Both the position numbers and the translations under genes were made by a program. Source: an uncultured Candidatus Actinomarina sp. (lineage in GTDB: Bacteria > Actinomycetota > Acidimicrobiia > Actinomarinales > Actinomarinaceae). From it: 64,000 nt of DNA. How positions within the stretch are numbered: the first letter of the stretch is position 1; each line of letters opens with the position of its first letter. The notes under the pieces were generated by a model. The model had not been told where the DNA came from. It did not search any database and saw only the letters and a list, made by a program, of their open reading frames with translations. The stretch spans positions 128,001 to 192,000 of the forward strand of contig CACPJC010000001.1 of NCBI GenBank assembly GCA_902634185.1. Reading direction: 5' to 3'. This document shows, piece after piece, positions 53,114-61,188 of the stretch.

Positions 53114-54670
53114 TTAAACTGTTAAATTCCTTGTACTTAATATATAAGTAGGGATTGCACTTATTGCCAACAATATAAAGGCAGAAAATGCAGCTTGTGT
53201 AAAGAGTGCTTCTGAAGCAAAAGACCATACATCAACAGCCATCGTACTAAATTCTGTTGGTCTTAATAAAAGTGTTTGTGGAAGTTCTTTCATAGTTGAA
53301 AGAAATACTAGTGCTCCACCAGCAAATAATCCTCTATAAATTAATGGAAATGTAATCTTTTGAAAAGTTTCAATTTTAGACAAGCCCAGGCCAAGACTTG
53401 CCTCAATATATGACGATTTTACTTGTTCCATTGAGGCCTGGCCACCTCCTATCGCTTGTGGAATAAATACAATTAAATAGGAAACAACTAGTGCGAAAAA
53501 ACTTTGATATATACTTGGAAATATTTTTACAGAAATAAACAGTATTGAAACTCCAACAGCAATATGTGGCAACCCATAAAGTGATAACATTAATTTTTCA
53601 ATAATGTCTCCAAATTTTGATTTATATTGAGAAATCAAAATCACAATTGGCATTGAAATAATGATGGCAAATATGGAAGTTACTATCCCCGCAGAAAATG
53701 AACCAAATATTCCGGGCAACGATGAGCTGACATCATTTCCGTAATAGATTCCACGTAATAACCAAAAACTTAATACAGATATTGGAATAATCAGTCCAAG
53801 CATGATCACAAAGCCAAGAAAGCCATATGTAAGCATTTTTCCACCACGCTCTAATTTTATTTTTTTTGGAACTTTTGGTGTTCCCGATACTTTCGCAGAT
53901 CTAGAGGTTGCTGAACCTCTTTGAACAAAACTGATAATCAAGGCCAACACAATAAGAAGACTTGAGTAAAAAATAACAGGATCACCTAGAATACTAAATT
54001 CGTAATATGCATATATTGCTTTTGTTACAGTTGAATATCTCATCAAAGAAACAGCACCAAAATCAGATATGACATAAAGGCCTACTAACAGACCTGAATA
54101 TATTATCGGTTTCTTTAACCTCGGTATTACAACATTTGTATAGACTTTGAGCTGACTCACTCCTAGTGATCTAGCAGCATCTTCAACTGTTGAGTCAAGA
54201 TTTCTCAGTGCGCTACTACAAATTAGTTGAACATATGGATATGTGAATAAAGTTAGAACTAGCCAACTACCTAAAAATCCATCAATACCTGCGATTTCTT
54301 CTAATCCGAAACTATTAAAAAGTTGTACAAATAACCCTTTTGGAGAGAATGCAGAAATATAAGTTAATGCTCCTATATATGATGGAATTACTAACGGTAG
54401 TGCACATAGGGTAAATAAAATTTTTGACCCTGCAAACTCGAACCTAATTGTCACAATCGATATCAATAAACCAACAATAAGACTTGAAATTACAACTGCA
54501 ATAAATACTGCAATTGTATTAAATAGTAATCCAAAAACATCCCATGATTGAAAGAAACTTGACAGTGATCTTGAAAAATTAATAAATCGCCAAAGCATAT
54601 AAATTACAGGCATTAGAAAAGTAATTAAAATAAACGAATTTATCGAAATTAGACTTTTTGGGATCTTCAC
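53114..54670 (-). CDS. Fe(III) ABC transporter permease (FbpB/FutB-like)
   Basis: Duplicated permease with two EAA loops (EDAARSLG, EASLGLG), SDFGA, MKELP. Confidence 0.92.
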   Translation of the reverse strand: MKIPKSLISINSFILITFLMPVIYMLWRFINFSRSLSSFFQSWDVFGLLFNTIAVFIAVVISSLIVGLLISIVTIRFEFAGSKILFTLCALPLVIPSYIGALTYISAFSPKGLFVQLFNSFGLEEIAGIDGFLGSWLVLTLFTYPYVQLICSSALRNLDSTVEDAARSLGVSQLKVYTNVVIPRLKKPIIYSGLLVGLYVISDFGAVSLMRYSTVTKAIYAYYEFSILGDPVIFYSSLLIVLALIISFVQRGSATSRSAKVSGTPKVPKKIKLERGGKMLTYGFLGFVIMLGLIIPISVLSFWLLRGIYYGNDVSSSLPGIFGSFSAGIVTSIFAIIISMPIVILISQYKSKFGDIIEKLMLSLYGLPHIAVGVSILFISVKIFPSIYQSFFALVVSYLIVFIPQAIGGGQASMEQVKSSYIEASLGLGLSKIETFQKITFPLIYRGLFAGGALVFLSTMKELPQTLLLRPTEFSTMAVDVWSFASEALFTQAAFSAFILLAISAIPTYILSTRNLTV

Positions 54671-54702
54671 AATACTAAGAATATCTTTGATTTTGACTTA
54701 TT

Positions 54703-54742
54703 AAAAGAAAAATTCTGGCCAAAGAAACTCTTGGCCAGAATT
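54703..54742 (-). terminator. Intrinsic terminator after the Fe(III)-binding protein gene
   Basis: 12-bp arms AATTCTGGCCAA/TTGGCCAGAATT followed on the minus strand by UUUCUUUU. Confidence 0.8.
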
Positions 54743-54780
54743 CTATTCTGTTTCGAGCTTACTAGTTAATTAATGACGGA

Positions 54781-55881
54781 CTAGAAACCTGCTTGCGCAA
54801 TCAACTCGACAGCTTTTTCCTGCCAAAGTGATAGCGCTGACCAGTTCAAATTTGATGGAGAATTTAAACTGTCAATATCTGGGAGTAAAACGTTTGGTGT
54901 TACACCTGCAGCGAGAGGGAACTCATAAACAGAATTAGTAAAATGCTCTTGGGCACTTGTTGAGTGTAAAAACTCAATAAATGCTAAAGCAGCAGGTTTG
55001 TTTTGACTTGTAGCCAAAATACCTGCACCCGCTGGCATAACCATAGCACCACAACCACCATCTAAGTACACATTTTTAACAGGACTATCTCCGTTTTCAG
55101 CAACTACCCTCAATGTGTAATAGTGATTAATCATTCCAATGTCTAATTCACCAGCATCTGCTGCAGCAACTTGTGGAGAGTTCTTTGGATATTCTGTATA
55201 TCCAAGTCCATTAATAGCGGTTAGCCACTCTAGAACTTTTTCTTCACCATCAGATTCAATCATGCAAGCAATCATTGCAATGAATGATGAGTTTGTTGGT
55301 GCTAGTCCTAATCTATTTCTAAACTTTTCATCTGCAAGACCATAAATATCACTTGGCATCTCTGCATCACTTACATCTCTAGTATCAATTACTAATGATC
55401 TTGATCTTCCTGATGTACCAACCCAAAAACTATTTTTATCAATAGCCCAAGTTGGAACATTGTCTAGTATGTCAGCTGGTAATTTATCAAATAGGCCTGC
55501 TTTTGCAACAACACCAAGGCTTACCGGATCTTGTGAAAAGAATACGTCAGCTGGGCTAATTGCTCCTTCAAGTTCTAATGTTCCGGCAAGGGCAGCACTC
55601 TTTGCATATCTAACTTCAACATCAACACCAAATTTAGATTCAAATTCTGCGATTAAATCAGAAACTAAGCTTTCTTTTCTGCCACTGTATACCACAAGCG
55701 TTCCACCGACTTCTGCCTCTGGTTCTGCTAGAGCTGCTTCTACAGCAGAGTCAATATTCTCTTGAGATACTTCGCCCGGTGGACCTGCTTCGCCCGGTGG
55801 GCCTTGTTCTCCATCTTGACCAGCACACCCTATAAATACCAATACAAGTAAAGAAAATAATGCAACAGATTGTTTTTTCAT
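54781..55881 (-). CDS. Fe(III) ABC transporter substrate-binding lipoprotein (FbpA/FutA-like)
   Basis: Lipobox FIGC, LVVYSGR, SPADVF, APTNSSF, INHYY (tandem Tyr iron ligands), YEFP. Confidence 0.92.
   Translation of the reverse strand: MKKQSVALFSLLVLVFIGCAGQDGEQGPPGEAGPPGEVSQENIDSAVEAALAEPEAEVGGTLVVYSGRKESLVSDLIAEFESKFGVDVEVRYAKSAALAGTLELEGAISPADVFFSQDPVSLGVVAKAGLFDKLPADILDNVPTWAIDKNSFWVGTSGRSRSLVIDTRDVSDAEMPSDIYGLADEKFRNRLGLAPTNSSFIAMIACMIESDGEEKVLEWLTAINGLGYTEYPKNSPQVAAADAGELDIGMINHYYTLRVVAENGDSPVKNVYLDGGCGAMVMPAGAGILATSQNKPAALAFIEFLHSTSAQEHFTNSVYEFPLAAGVTPNVLLPDIDSLNSPSNLNWSALSLWQEKAVELIAQAGF
55768..55821 (-). repeat. Collagen-like (Gly-X-Y)6 repeat in the Fe-binding lipoprotein
   Basis: GQD-GEQ-GPP-GEA-GPP-GEV; DNA direct repeat CTTCGCCCGGTGG at 55770 and 55788. 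Confidence 0.8.
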
Positions 55882-55904
55882 TTTTTACCCTTCTTAAATA
55901 TGTT

Positions 55905-55920
55905 GTTAATAGTAGTTAAC
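55905..55920. promoter_or_regulatory. Candidate operator upstream of the Fe(III) ABC operon
   Basis: GTTAAT-AGTA-GTTAAC, same geometry as the box at 56330-56345. Confidence 0.55.
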
Positions 55921-56051
55921 AAAATTCGTTAAGTAAAGTTAAAAATATAAACTGTAATGATAAAAAAATTTTTAATATTTTTTTCTATAGATCAGATTTA
56001 AAAACTTTTAAGAATTTAACTTTAAAATATAAGGCGTAAGAAATTCAAGAC

Positions 56052-56156
56052 TTAAGCTTTTGTGAACTGCTTAATTAATGCACGAGGGAATATTTTTCCA
56101 CCGTTACGCACAACCCACATAAAGGCAACTAATAAATATGCGAAAGGACATGCCAT
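56052..56156 (-). CDS. Putative leaderless microprotein (34 aa, N-terminal Cys-Pro)
   Basis: MACPFAYLLVAFMWVVRNGGKIFPRALIKQFTKA, preceded by TAAAAT-N6-ATG. Confidence 0.6.
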   Translation of the reverse strand: MACPFAYLLVAFMWVVRNGGKIFPRALIKQFTKA

Positions 56157-56190
56157 ATTATTATTTTACAGCAATGTTAAAATAAAAGAA

Positions 56191-56307
56191 ATGGATAATA
56201 ACATAAAAGAAATTAACAATAATCCAAAAATTATAACAAAATTTGAACCTCTGCTTTGGATTGCATTTGTAGCATTAACTGCTGTAGTCGGTTGTCCAAT
56301 TTTTTGA
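56191..56307 (+). CDS. Putative leaderless single-TM microprotein (38 aa, C-terminal Cys-Pro)
   Basis: MDNNIKEINNNPKIITKFEPLLWIAFVALTAVVGCPIF, preceded by TGT-TAAAAT-N7-ATG. Confidence 0.6.
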   Translation: MDNNIKEINNNPKIITKFEPLLWIAFVALTAVVGCPIF

Positions 56308-56324
56308 AATATTATTAAATAGCT

Positions 56325-56350
56325 AATATGTTAACACCTGTTAACATATT
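56325..56350. promoter_or_regulatory. Palindromic operator overlapping the -10 of the DtxR-family gene
   Basis: AATATGTTAACA-CC-TGTTAACATATT (perfect 12-bp arms) containing TGT-TAACAT-N6-ATG. Confidence 0.7.
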
Positions 56351-56353
56351 TAT

Positions 56354-57064
56354 ATGAGTAAACCTCAGAACATACTATCTCATGAACGAGAAGGTCAAGA
56401 GTTAATTGAAAACTTCCCAGTTTCATTTTTTTCTCATGCTGAAGCAATCTATCATTTACAAGAAGTTGGTATAGATTTAAAAAAGACTAGGGTTGCTGAC
56501 TGGCTGCAAACTAGTCGTGCAAATGTTTCTCAAGTCATTGGAAGAATGCAAAATAGTGGTTTGGTAGATTTTGGAGAAAATTTAAAGCTTACTGAAAGTG
56601 GAGATTGTCTTGCAAAGATTGTTATTAGACGACATCGAATTACTGAAAGATTCTTATCAGAGGTTTTAAATCTTCCTTGGGCTGATGTTTATAAAGAAGC
56701 ATCCAAATGGGAAAATGTGCTTAGTCCTCTTACTGAAAAAGCTATGCTAGAAATCTTGGGAAATCCAACTACAGGTCCCTTTGGGAATCCAATTCCTTAC
56801 TCAAATTACAAAGAAAAAAAAATGTATCCAATCTTAGATGCTAAAGCAGATAACAATTACTTTATTGAAAAGATTACAGAGGAATTAAAAAGAGATAATG
56901 AAACAATCTCTTTTTTACAAAACCACGATATGACACCAGGGAAAAAAATAAAGGTCGCAGACTCTGGAGATTATTCAATAACGATAAGTACTGACGACAA
57001 AAAATATTTTGGAATAGACAAATTTCTAGCAAAAAGAGTCTTTGTAAGCTCTACCAATTTATGA
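56354..57064 (+). CDS. DtxR/IdeR-family transcriptional regulator with FeoA/SH3-like C-terminal domain
   Basis: HTH SRANVSQVIGRM, RRHRITERFL, LPW..V..EA..WE.V, PTTGPFGNPIP align with IdeR. Confidence 0.93.
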   Translation: MSKPQNILSHEREGQELIENFPVSFFSHAEAIYHLQEVGIDLKKTRVADWLQTSRANVSQVIGRMQNSGLVDFGENLKLTESGDCLAKIVIRRHRITERFLSEVLNLPWADVYKEASKWENVLSPLTEKAMLEILGNPTTGPFGNPIPYSNYKEKKMYPILDAKADNNYFIEKITEELKRDNETISFLQNHDMTPGKKIKVADSGDYSITISTDDKKYFGIDKFLAKRVFVSSTNL

Positions 57065-57092
57065 TTAATTTAAATATATTCAATAATTAAGT

Positions 57093-57572
57093 ATGGAAGA
57101 TTTTTTACAACAATTACCAAGAAATCTATTTCTCTATATAGGTGCTGGTATATTTGCATTAATTTTTACTTATAGGTTCTTTCCAAAAGTATTCTTGAAA
57201 ATTCACAAACCTTTCTTTTTTACTTTAGGAATTTTGTCTCTATCTCTAGGATATGTAGGGATTTTAATTCCTGGCCTTCCAACAACTGTATTTATTCTTA
57301 TTGCAGCATGGGCATTTTCAAAATGTTCTGATAGATTTACTGCTTGGCTTGAAAATCACAGACTTTTTGGACCAATGATATTAAATTGGAAGACTTATAG
57401 AGGACTGTCAAGAAGAGCTAAAAAACTTGCTATTTTGATGATAATTCCTACTTTTGTCTTAACCATATTTTTAGTATTTTCATTAGTTGGGGACTTAATA
57501 TTTGGATCTTTTGGAATTGCTCTTTGTGTATGGTTGGCAACAAGACCTGAACCCCCACTAGAACAAAATTAA
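57093..57572 (+). CDS. YbaN/DUF454-family membrane protein
   Basis: LGYVGILIPGLPTTVFILIAAWAFSKCS.RF..WL..HRLFGPMI.NW. Confidence 0.9.
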   Translation: MEDFLQQLPRNLFLYIGAGIFALIFTYRFFPKVFLKIHKPFFFTLGILSLSLGYVGILIPGLPTTVFILIAAWAFSKCSDRFTAWLENHRLFGPMILNWKTYRGLSRRAKKLAILMIIPTFVLTIFLVFSLVGDLIFGSFGIALCVWLATRPEPPLEQN

Positions 57573-57573
57573 A

Positions 57574-58176
57574 CTAATTAGCTTCTGGAATTTGATAATC
57601 TATTGGTGAAACTTTATCTAGTTCAAAAACATCTCTTGCCTGTGCCTCATAGTTCAAACCAATAGAAATTTGATCACCTTCAGTTACTCTATTTCCATTT
57701 TCATCAAGACGAGCGTTAAACGTTGCTTTCTTTCCTGATTTACAAATAGTTTTTAGTTCGATTAACTCATCGGCCCACCCAAGAAGATAAATACTACCGG
57801 GAAATGGCTCTCCCCTAAAATCAGTTCTTAAACCATAACAAAGAACGGGTATTTTCAATTTATCAACAACAAGAGATAACTGTAATACTTGTTTAGGTGT
57901 TAAGAACTGGGCTTCATCAACTAAAATGCATGAAACTTTTTCTCTCTGATGTTCATGTGCGGTCCAAACATATAAATCATCTTCACCCTCGAATCTCTCA
58001 ACATCTCTTTCTAGACCAATTCTTGATGTAACTTTGCCTTCTCCAAATCGATCATCTAATTTAGGTGTAAAAATTAATGTTTTCATGTTTCTTTCTTCGT
58101 AGTTATGAGCTGATTGAAGAAGGTTTGTACTTTTTCCGGCATTCATTGCTGCGTAATAAAAATAAAGTTTTGCCAT
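57574..58176 (-). CDS. tdk: Thymidine kinase
   Basis: [36 protein letters not shown]. Confidence 0.96.
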   Translation of the reverse strand: MAKLYFYYAAMNAGKSTNLLQSAHNYEERNMKTLIFTPKLDDRFGEGKVTSRIGLERDVERFEGEDDLYVWTAHEHQREKVSCILVDEAQFLTPKQVLQLSLVVDKLKIPVLCYGLRTDFRGEPFPGSIYLLGWADELIELKTICKSGKKATFNARLDENGNRVTEGDQISIGLNYEAQARDVFELDKVSPIDYQIPEAN

Positions 58177-58228
58177 ATTTTTATATTACCTTTTTATTTT
58201 TATCTTTATCCTTTTGTAAGATATAAAT

Positions 58229-58609
58229 ATGGAAAATATTTTAAAATTTTCTCACATGCTTGGACTCTCAATATGGTTAGGGTCAATGGTAATGTGGGCA
58301 ATGTTTGCACCAAAATTATACAAAATTGATCCAACAAAAAATACAACTAATACCTTAAGAAAAACTTTCAGCACTCTTTCTTGGAGCTCTTATTCTTTAT
58401 CTTTATTGAGTGGTTTAGGAATTTTTCTAGTCATTGACAATAATATGTCAACATGGGGAACTGAACTATTAGTTCTTATTTTTGCAGGAATAGTAATAGG
58501 TCTACATAGCTTTGCTTCAAAGTTAAGTTCTGCATTAAGAGGTATGTTGAATGGAGTTATGTTATTAAGTGCTTTAGTAGTTGTTTACCTGGCAACAATT
58601 AATATCTAA
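58229..58609 (+). CDS. 4-TM membrane protein (CopD/DUF4149-like)
   Basis: H..GLSIWLGSM motif and four hydrophobic helices; TAAGAT-N6-ATG. Confidence 0.7.
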   Translation: MENILKFSHMLGLSIWLGSMVMWAMFAPKLYKIDPTKNTTNTLRKTFSTLSWSSYSLSLLSGLGIFLVIDNNMSTWGTELLVLIFAGIVIGLHSFASKLSSALRGMLNGVMLLSALVVVYLATINI

Positions 58610-59148
58610 TAAGATTGAATTAGTTCTAATTCTTTCTCAGTGATAATCCCTTCACCTTGGATCAAAATTTTGCTAGTTCCCTCTTCTATTAAAAACCAAT
58701 AAATTGTTTCTTCATTTGGTATATCAAGATCTTCCTTAAATTCTTCTTTGTTTAAATAAGCAGTTATCGTGCGATTTCTAATTCTATCGTCTCTAATACC
58801 AGCTCTCATTACACCATCTAAATATATTTCATTTAACTTATTTGTTTTTCTAATTGTTGGAACTTCAATAATATTGTGAGTTAAATCCATTTCATTATTT
58901 TCAAGAAGATTAATTGATTGATCAACTAAGCCTTGATGCCATTGTTGAAAGGCAACAATGATTATTAGATCTTTATCCACAAAATCGTCTGGAACAACTT
59001 TTTTTTCTTTATTTAAATTGTTTCCTTCAATTGAAGGAAATTCATTAATTTCTCCACTCATATACATATTCTCGCTTGGTTGACAGCTTATTGTAAGAAG
59101 AAATACTATTAAAAAAAGTAATTTAGGCCGGACCAAGAACTGCCTCAA
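58606..59148 (-). CDS. Putative lipoprotein, ATP10/thioredoxin-fold-like
   Basis: Lipobox-like TISC; FPSIEGNNL...P.DF...IIVAFQQWHQ..VD and EVP motifs resemble bacterial ATP10-like proteins. Family assignment is tentative. Confidence 0.6.
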   Translation of the reverse strand: MRQFLVRPKLLFLIVFLLTISCQPSENMYMSGEINEFPSIEGNNLNKEKKVVPDDFVDKDLIIIVAFQQWHQGLVDQSINLLENNEMDLTHNIIEVPTIRKTNKLNEIYLDGVMRAGIRDDRIRNRTITAYLNKEEFKEDLDIPNEETIYWFLIEEGTSKILIQGEGIITEKELELIQSY

Positions 59149-59554
59149 GGTTTTTGATTTGTGTATTCATTAATTTAGTCCATATAGGACCAAAAAATAA
59201 TCCAACTATTATAAAAATCCCTTTATATTTAACGTTCACAGTATAAGTAAGCTCAGTACCTCTTGAGTTTGCAGATAAAAATATTGTATCAATTAGCGTA
59301 AAGTTTTTAGTATCTGCTTTTAATGAGGCTCTCAATGGTGCGCCCCATTCAATTACCTCGTAATCGATAATCATTTCTCTATCATTAAAAGATGTTTTTG
59401 CTTTGAATATCGATCCTTCTCTAATTGGCTCATTTGTAATTAGCTCAGCAGTACTAGCTGTTTCCCATTGATCAAGATTTCTAAAATCAGCAACAAAATT
59501 GAAAGCAGACTCAATATCTCCTTTTACAGTAATTGTTCTTGAATAAATCGGCAT
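59123..59554 (-). CDS. SRPBCC (START-like) family protein
   Basis: RTITV...AFNFVADFRNLDQW...EGSIF...GTELTY pattern. Confidence 0.85.
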   Translation of the reverse strand: MPIYSRTITVKGDIESAFNFVADFRNLDQWETASTAELITNEPIREGSIFKAKTSFNDREMIIDYEVIEWGAPLRASLKADTKNFTLIDTIFLSANSRGTELTYTVNVKYKGIFIIVGLFFGPIWTKLMNTQIKNLEAVLGPA

Positions 59555-59594
59555 GTTTTTATTTTAAGCTATTGGAAGTTTAGTATGTAAAAAT

Positions 59595-60419
59595 TTATCG
59601 AAGATTTAACGACCTGTTTCTAAAACCAATAAATCCAATTGCCAAAAATATTAAAGTTTTTCCAACTACAAGAAATATATCTTCACCAACTAAACCATCT
59701 TGATAAGGATTTCCATATGCTCCAAAGGATGAAATATTTTCATCAACCCATTGAAAGAAATCATTAGTTCCTGAAAGTGAATTTGTTAGGTACTCAAAAG
59801 CCATTAAGCCTCCACCAAAAGCCCACGCCATTGAAGACTTTCCAGTGAAAGCCCCAAGTGCAAAACCGAGTGCACCAAAGCTTACACCAGCTAATGCTGC
59901 TTGAAGTGTTGCTTTCATCAACGGCCCATAATCAAGTGTTTGACTAAGCTCCATTGTCGCAATTGGAATAAACATTATATTGGTCCATGCGAAGGTAACA
60001 AACAAGCCAAAGAGCACTGTAATGATTGCTTGTGATAAATATACTGTTGATCTTGTCATTGGTAGTGAAGCAACAAATTCAAAAGTTCCATCTTCCTCAG
60101 CTTTTGATCCCAACTTATTTAAAAGAATTATTGTCGCTGTACCAATCAAAAGTGGTACAAATGGTACTAGGAAATAAGTTGTTACCATCCCTTCTAGTGT
60201 AAAAACATTATCCCAATCTGATATTCCTAATAAACTCATCGCAGTATCATTTTCAGAGATTCCTCTAAAAGCTTCTCTTTGAGTATCAATAAGTAGACTT
60301 TCTACACTTGAATTTGCAAAAGCCAATGGAAGTATCAATAGATAAACTCCTCCTGATATTGCCCAATTTAATATGAATTTTCTAGGTACCCTAATCATAT
60401 ATTTTAGATAATTAAGCAT
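59595..60419 (-). CDS. ABC-2 type exporter permease
   Basis: EEDGTFEFVASLPMTRS motif, 6 TM; likely start ATG 60419. Confidence 0.85.
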   Translation of the reverse strand: MLNYLKYMIRVPRKFILNWAISGGVYLLILPLAFANSSVESLLIDTQREAFRGISENDTAMSLLGISDWDNVFTLEGMVTTYFLVPFVPLLIGTATIILLNKLGSKAEEDGTFEFVASLPMTRSTVYLSQAIITVLFGLFVTFAWTNIMFIPIATMELSQTLDYGPLMKATLQAALAGVSFGALGFALGAFTGKSSMAWAFGGGLMAFEYLTNSLSGTNDFFQWVDENISSFGAYGNPYQDGLVGEDIFLVVGKTLIFLAIGFIGFRNRSLNLR

Positions 60420-61131
60420 TTGTTTCCTTTCTGTCATAAAACGCAAAGAAAGCATCTTCTAAATCTTTTCCTTCTTCTTGTGCTTTACTTAAAAATGTTT
60501 CATAAGTTTCATCATAAACTTTTACACCTTCTCTTAAAACGGCCATCGAGTTAGCAACTTTTTCAACTTCAGAGATTATATGAGAAGACAAGAGTATGGA
60601 TGCTCCATTATTTGAAAATTCTTCAACTATTTCAAAAAATGACCTCTGATGAAATGGATCTAGGCCAGAAGTTGGCTCATCTAGAATTAAAGCTTTTGGC
60701 TTGTGCAGCACTGCAAGGATTATGGCTGCTTTTTGTCTGTTTCCTTTGGACAGTTCTTTAATAGATGGGTCTACTTCTAATTCAAATTTGTCTGCTAATT
60801 CCATTGCGTAGTCAGTTGACTGTCCTCTCATATCAGCACCAAGTTTAAATAGTGATTTAGAATTGAGATTTTGTGGAAGCTGTGGGTCACCAGGAAGATA
60901 TCCAATGATTTTTTTTGCTTCAACTGGATTTTCAATTGTATTGATTCCTTCAACTGTAAGAGAACCCTTCGAGGATTTTAAGAAACCCATTAAGCTTCTC
61001 ATTGTTGTAGATTTTCCTGCACCATTTGGACCGAGTAAACCTTTTACTTCACCATTATCAACAGAAATACTGATGTCAGAGACGCCTTTTCCGTTTTTGT
61101 ATCTCATTGTGAGATTTTTAATTTCAATCAC
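60412..61131 (-). CDS. ABC-2 type exporter ATP-binding protein
   Basis: GPNGAGKST, LSKGNRQK, ILDEPTSGLDP, SSH. Confidence 0.93.
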   Translation of the reverse strand: MIEIKNLTMRYKNGKGVSDISISVDNGEVKGLLGPNGAGKSTTMRSLMGFLKSSKGSLTVEGINTIENPVEAKKIIGYLPGDPQLPQNLNSKSLFKLGADMRGQSTDYAMELADKFELEVDPSIKELSKGNRQKAAIILAVLHKPKALILDEPTSGLDPFHQRSFFEIVEEFSNNGASILLSSHIISEVEKVANSMAVLREGVKVYDETYETFLSKAQEEGKDLEDAFFAFYDRKETNA

Positions 61132-61188
61132 GATTTTATTTTAAACTAAAAAAATTTAAAATTAAGTAAAATATAGCTAAATAAAGAC

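Noticed and set aside
56062-56190. 81-aa plus-strand ORF starting at GTG 56062
   Set aside because: Its 5' part is the antisense of the MACPF micro-ORF; the leaderless signal points to ATG 56191 as the real start.
56166-56320. Hydrophobic minus-strand frame (...FVIIFGLLLISFMLLSISFILTLL)
   Set aside because: No start codon near its 5' end after the upstream in-frame stop; best explained as the antisense of the 38-aa plus-strand ORF.
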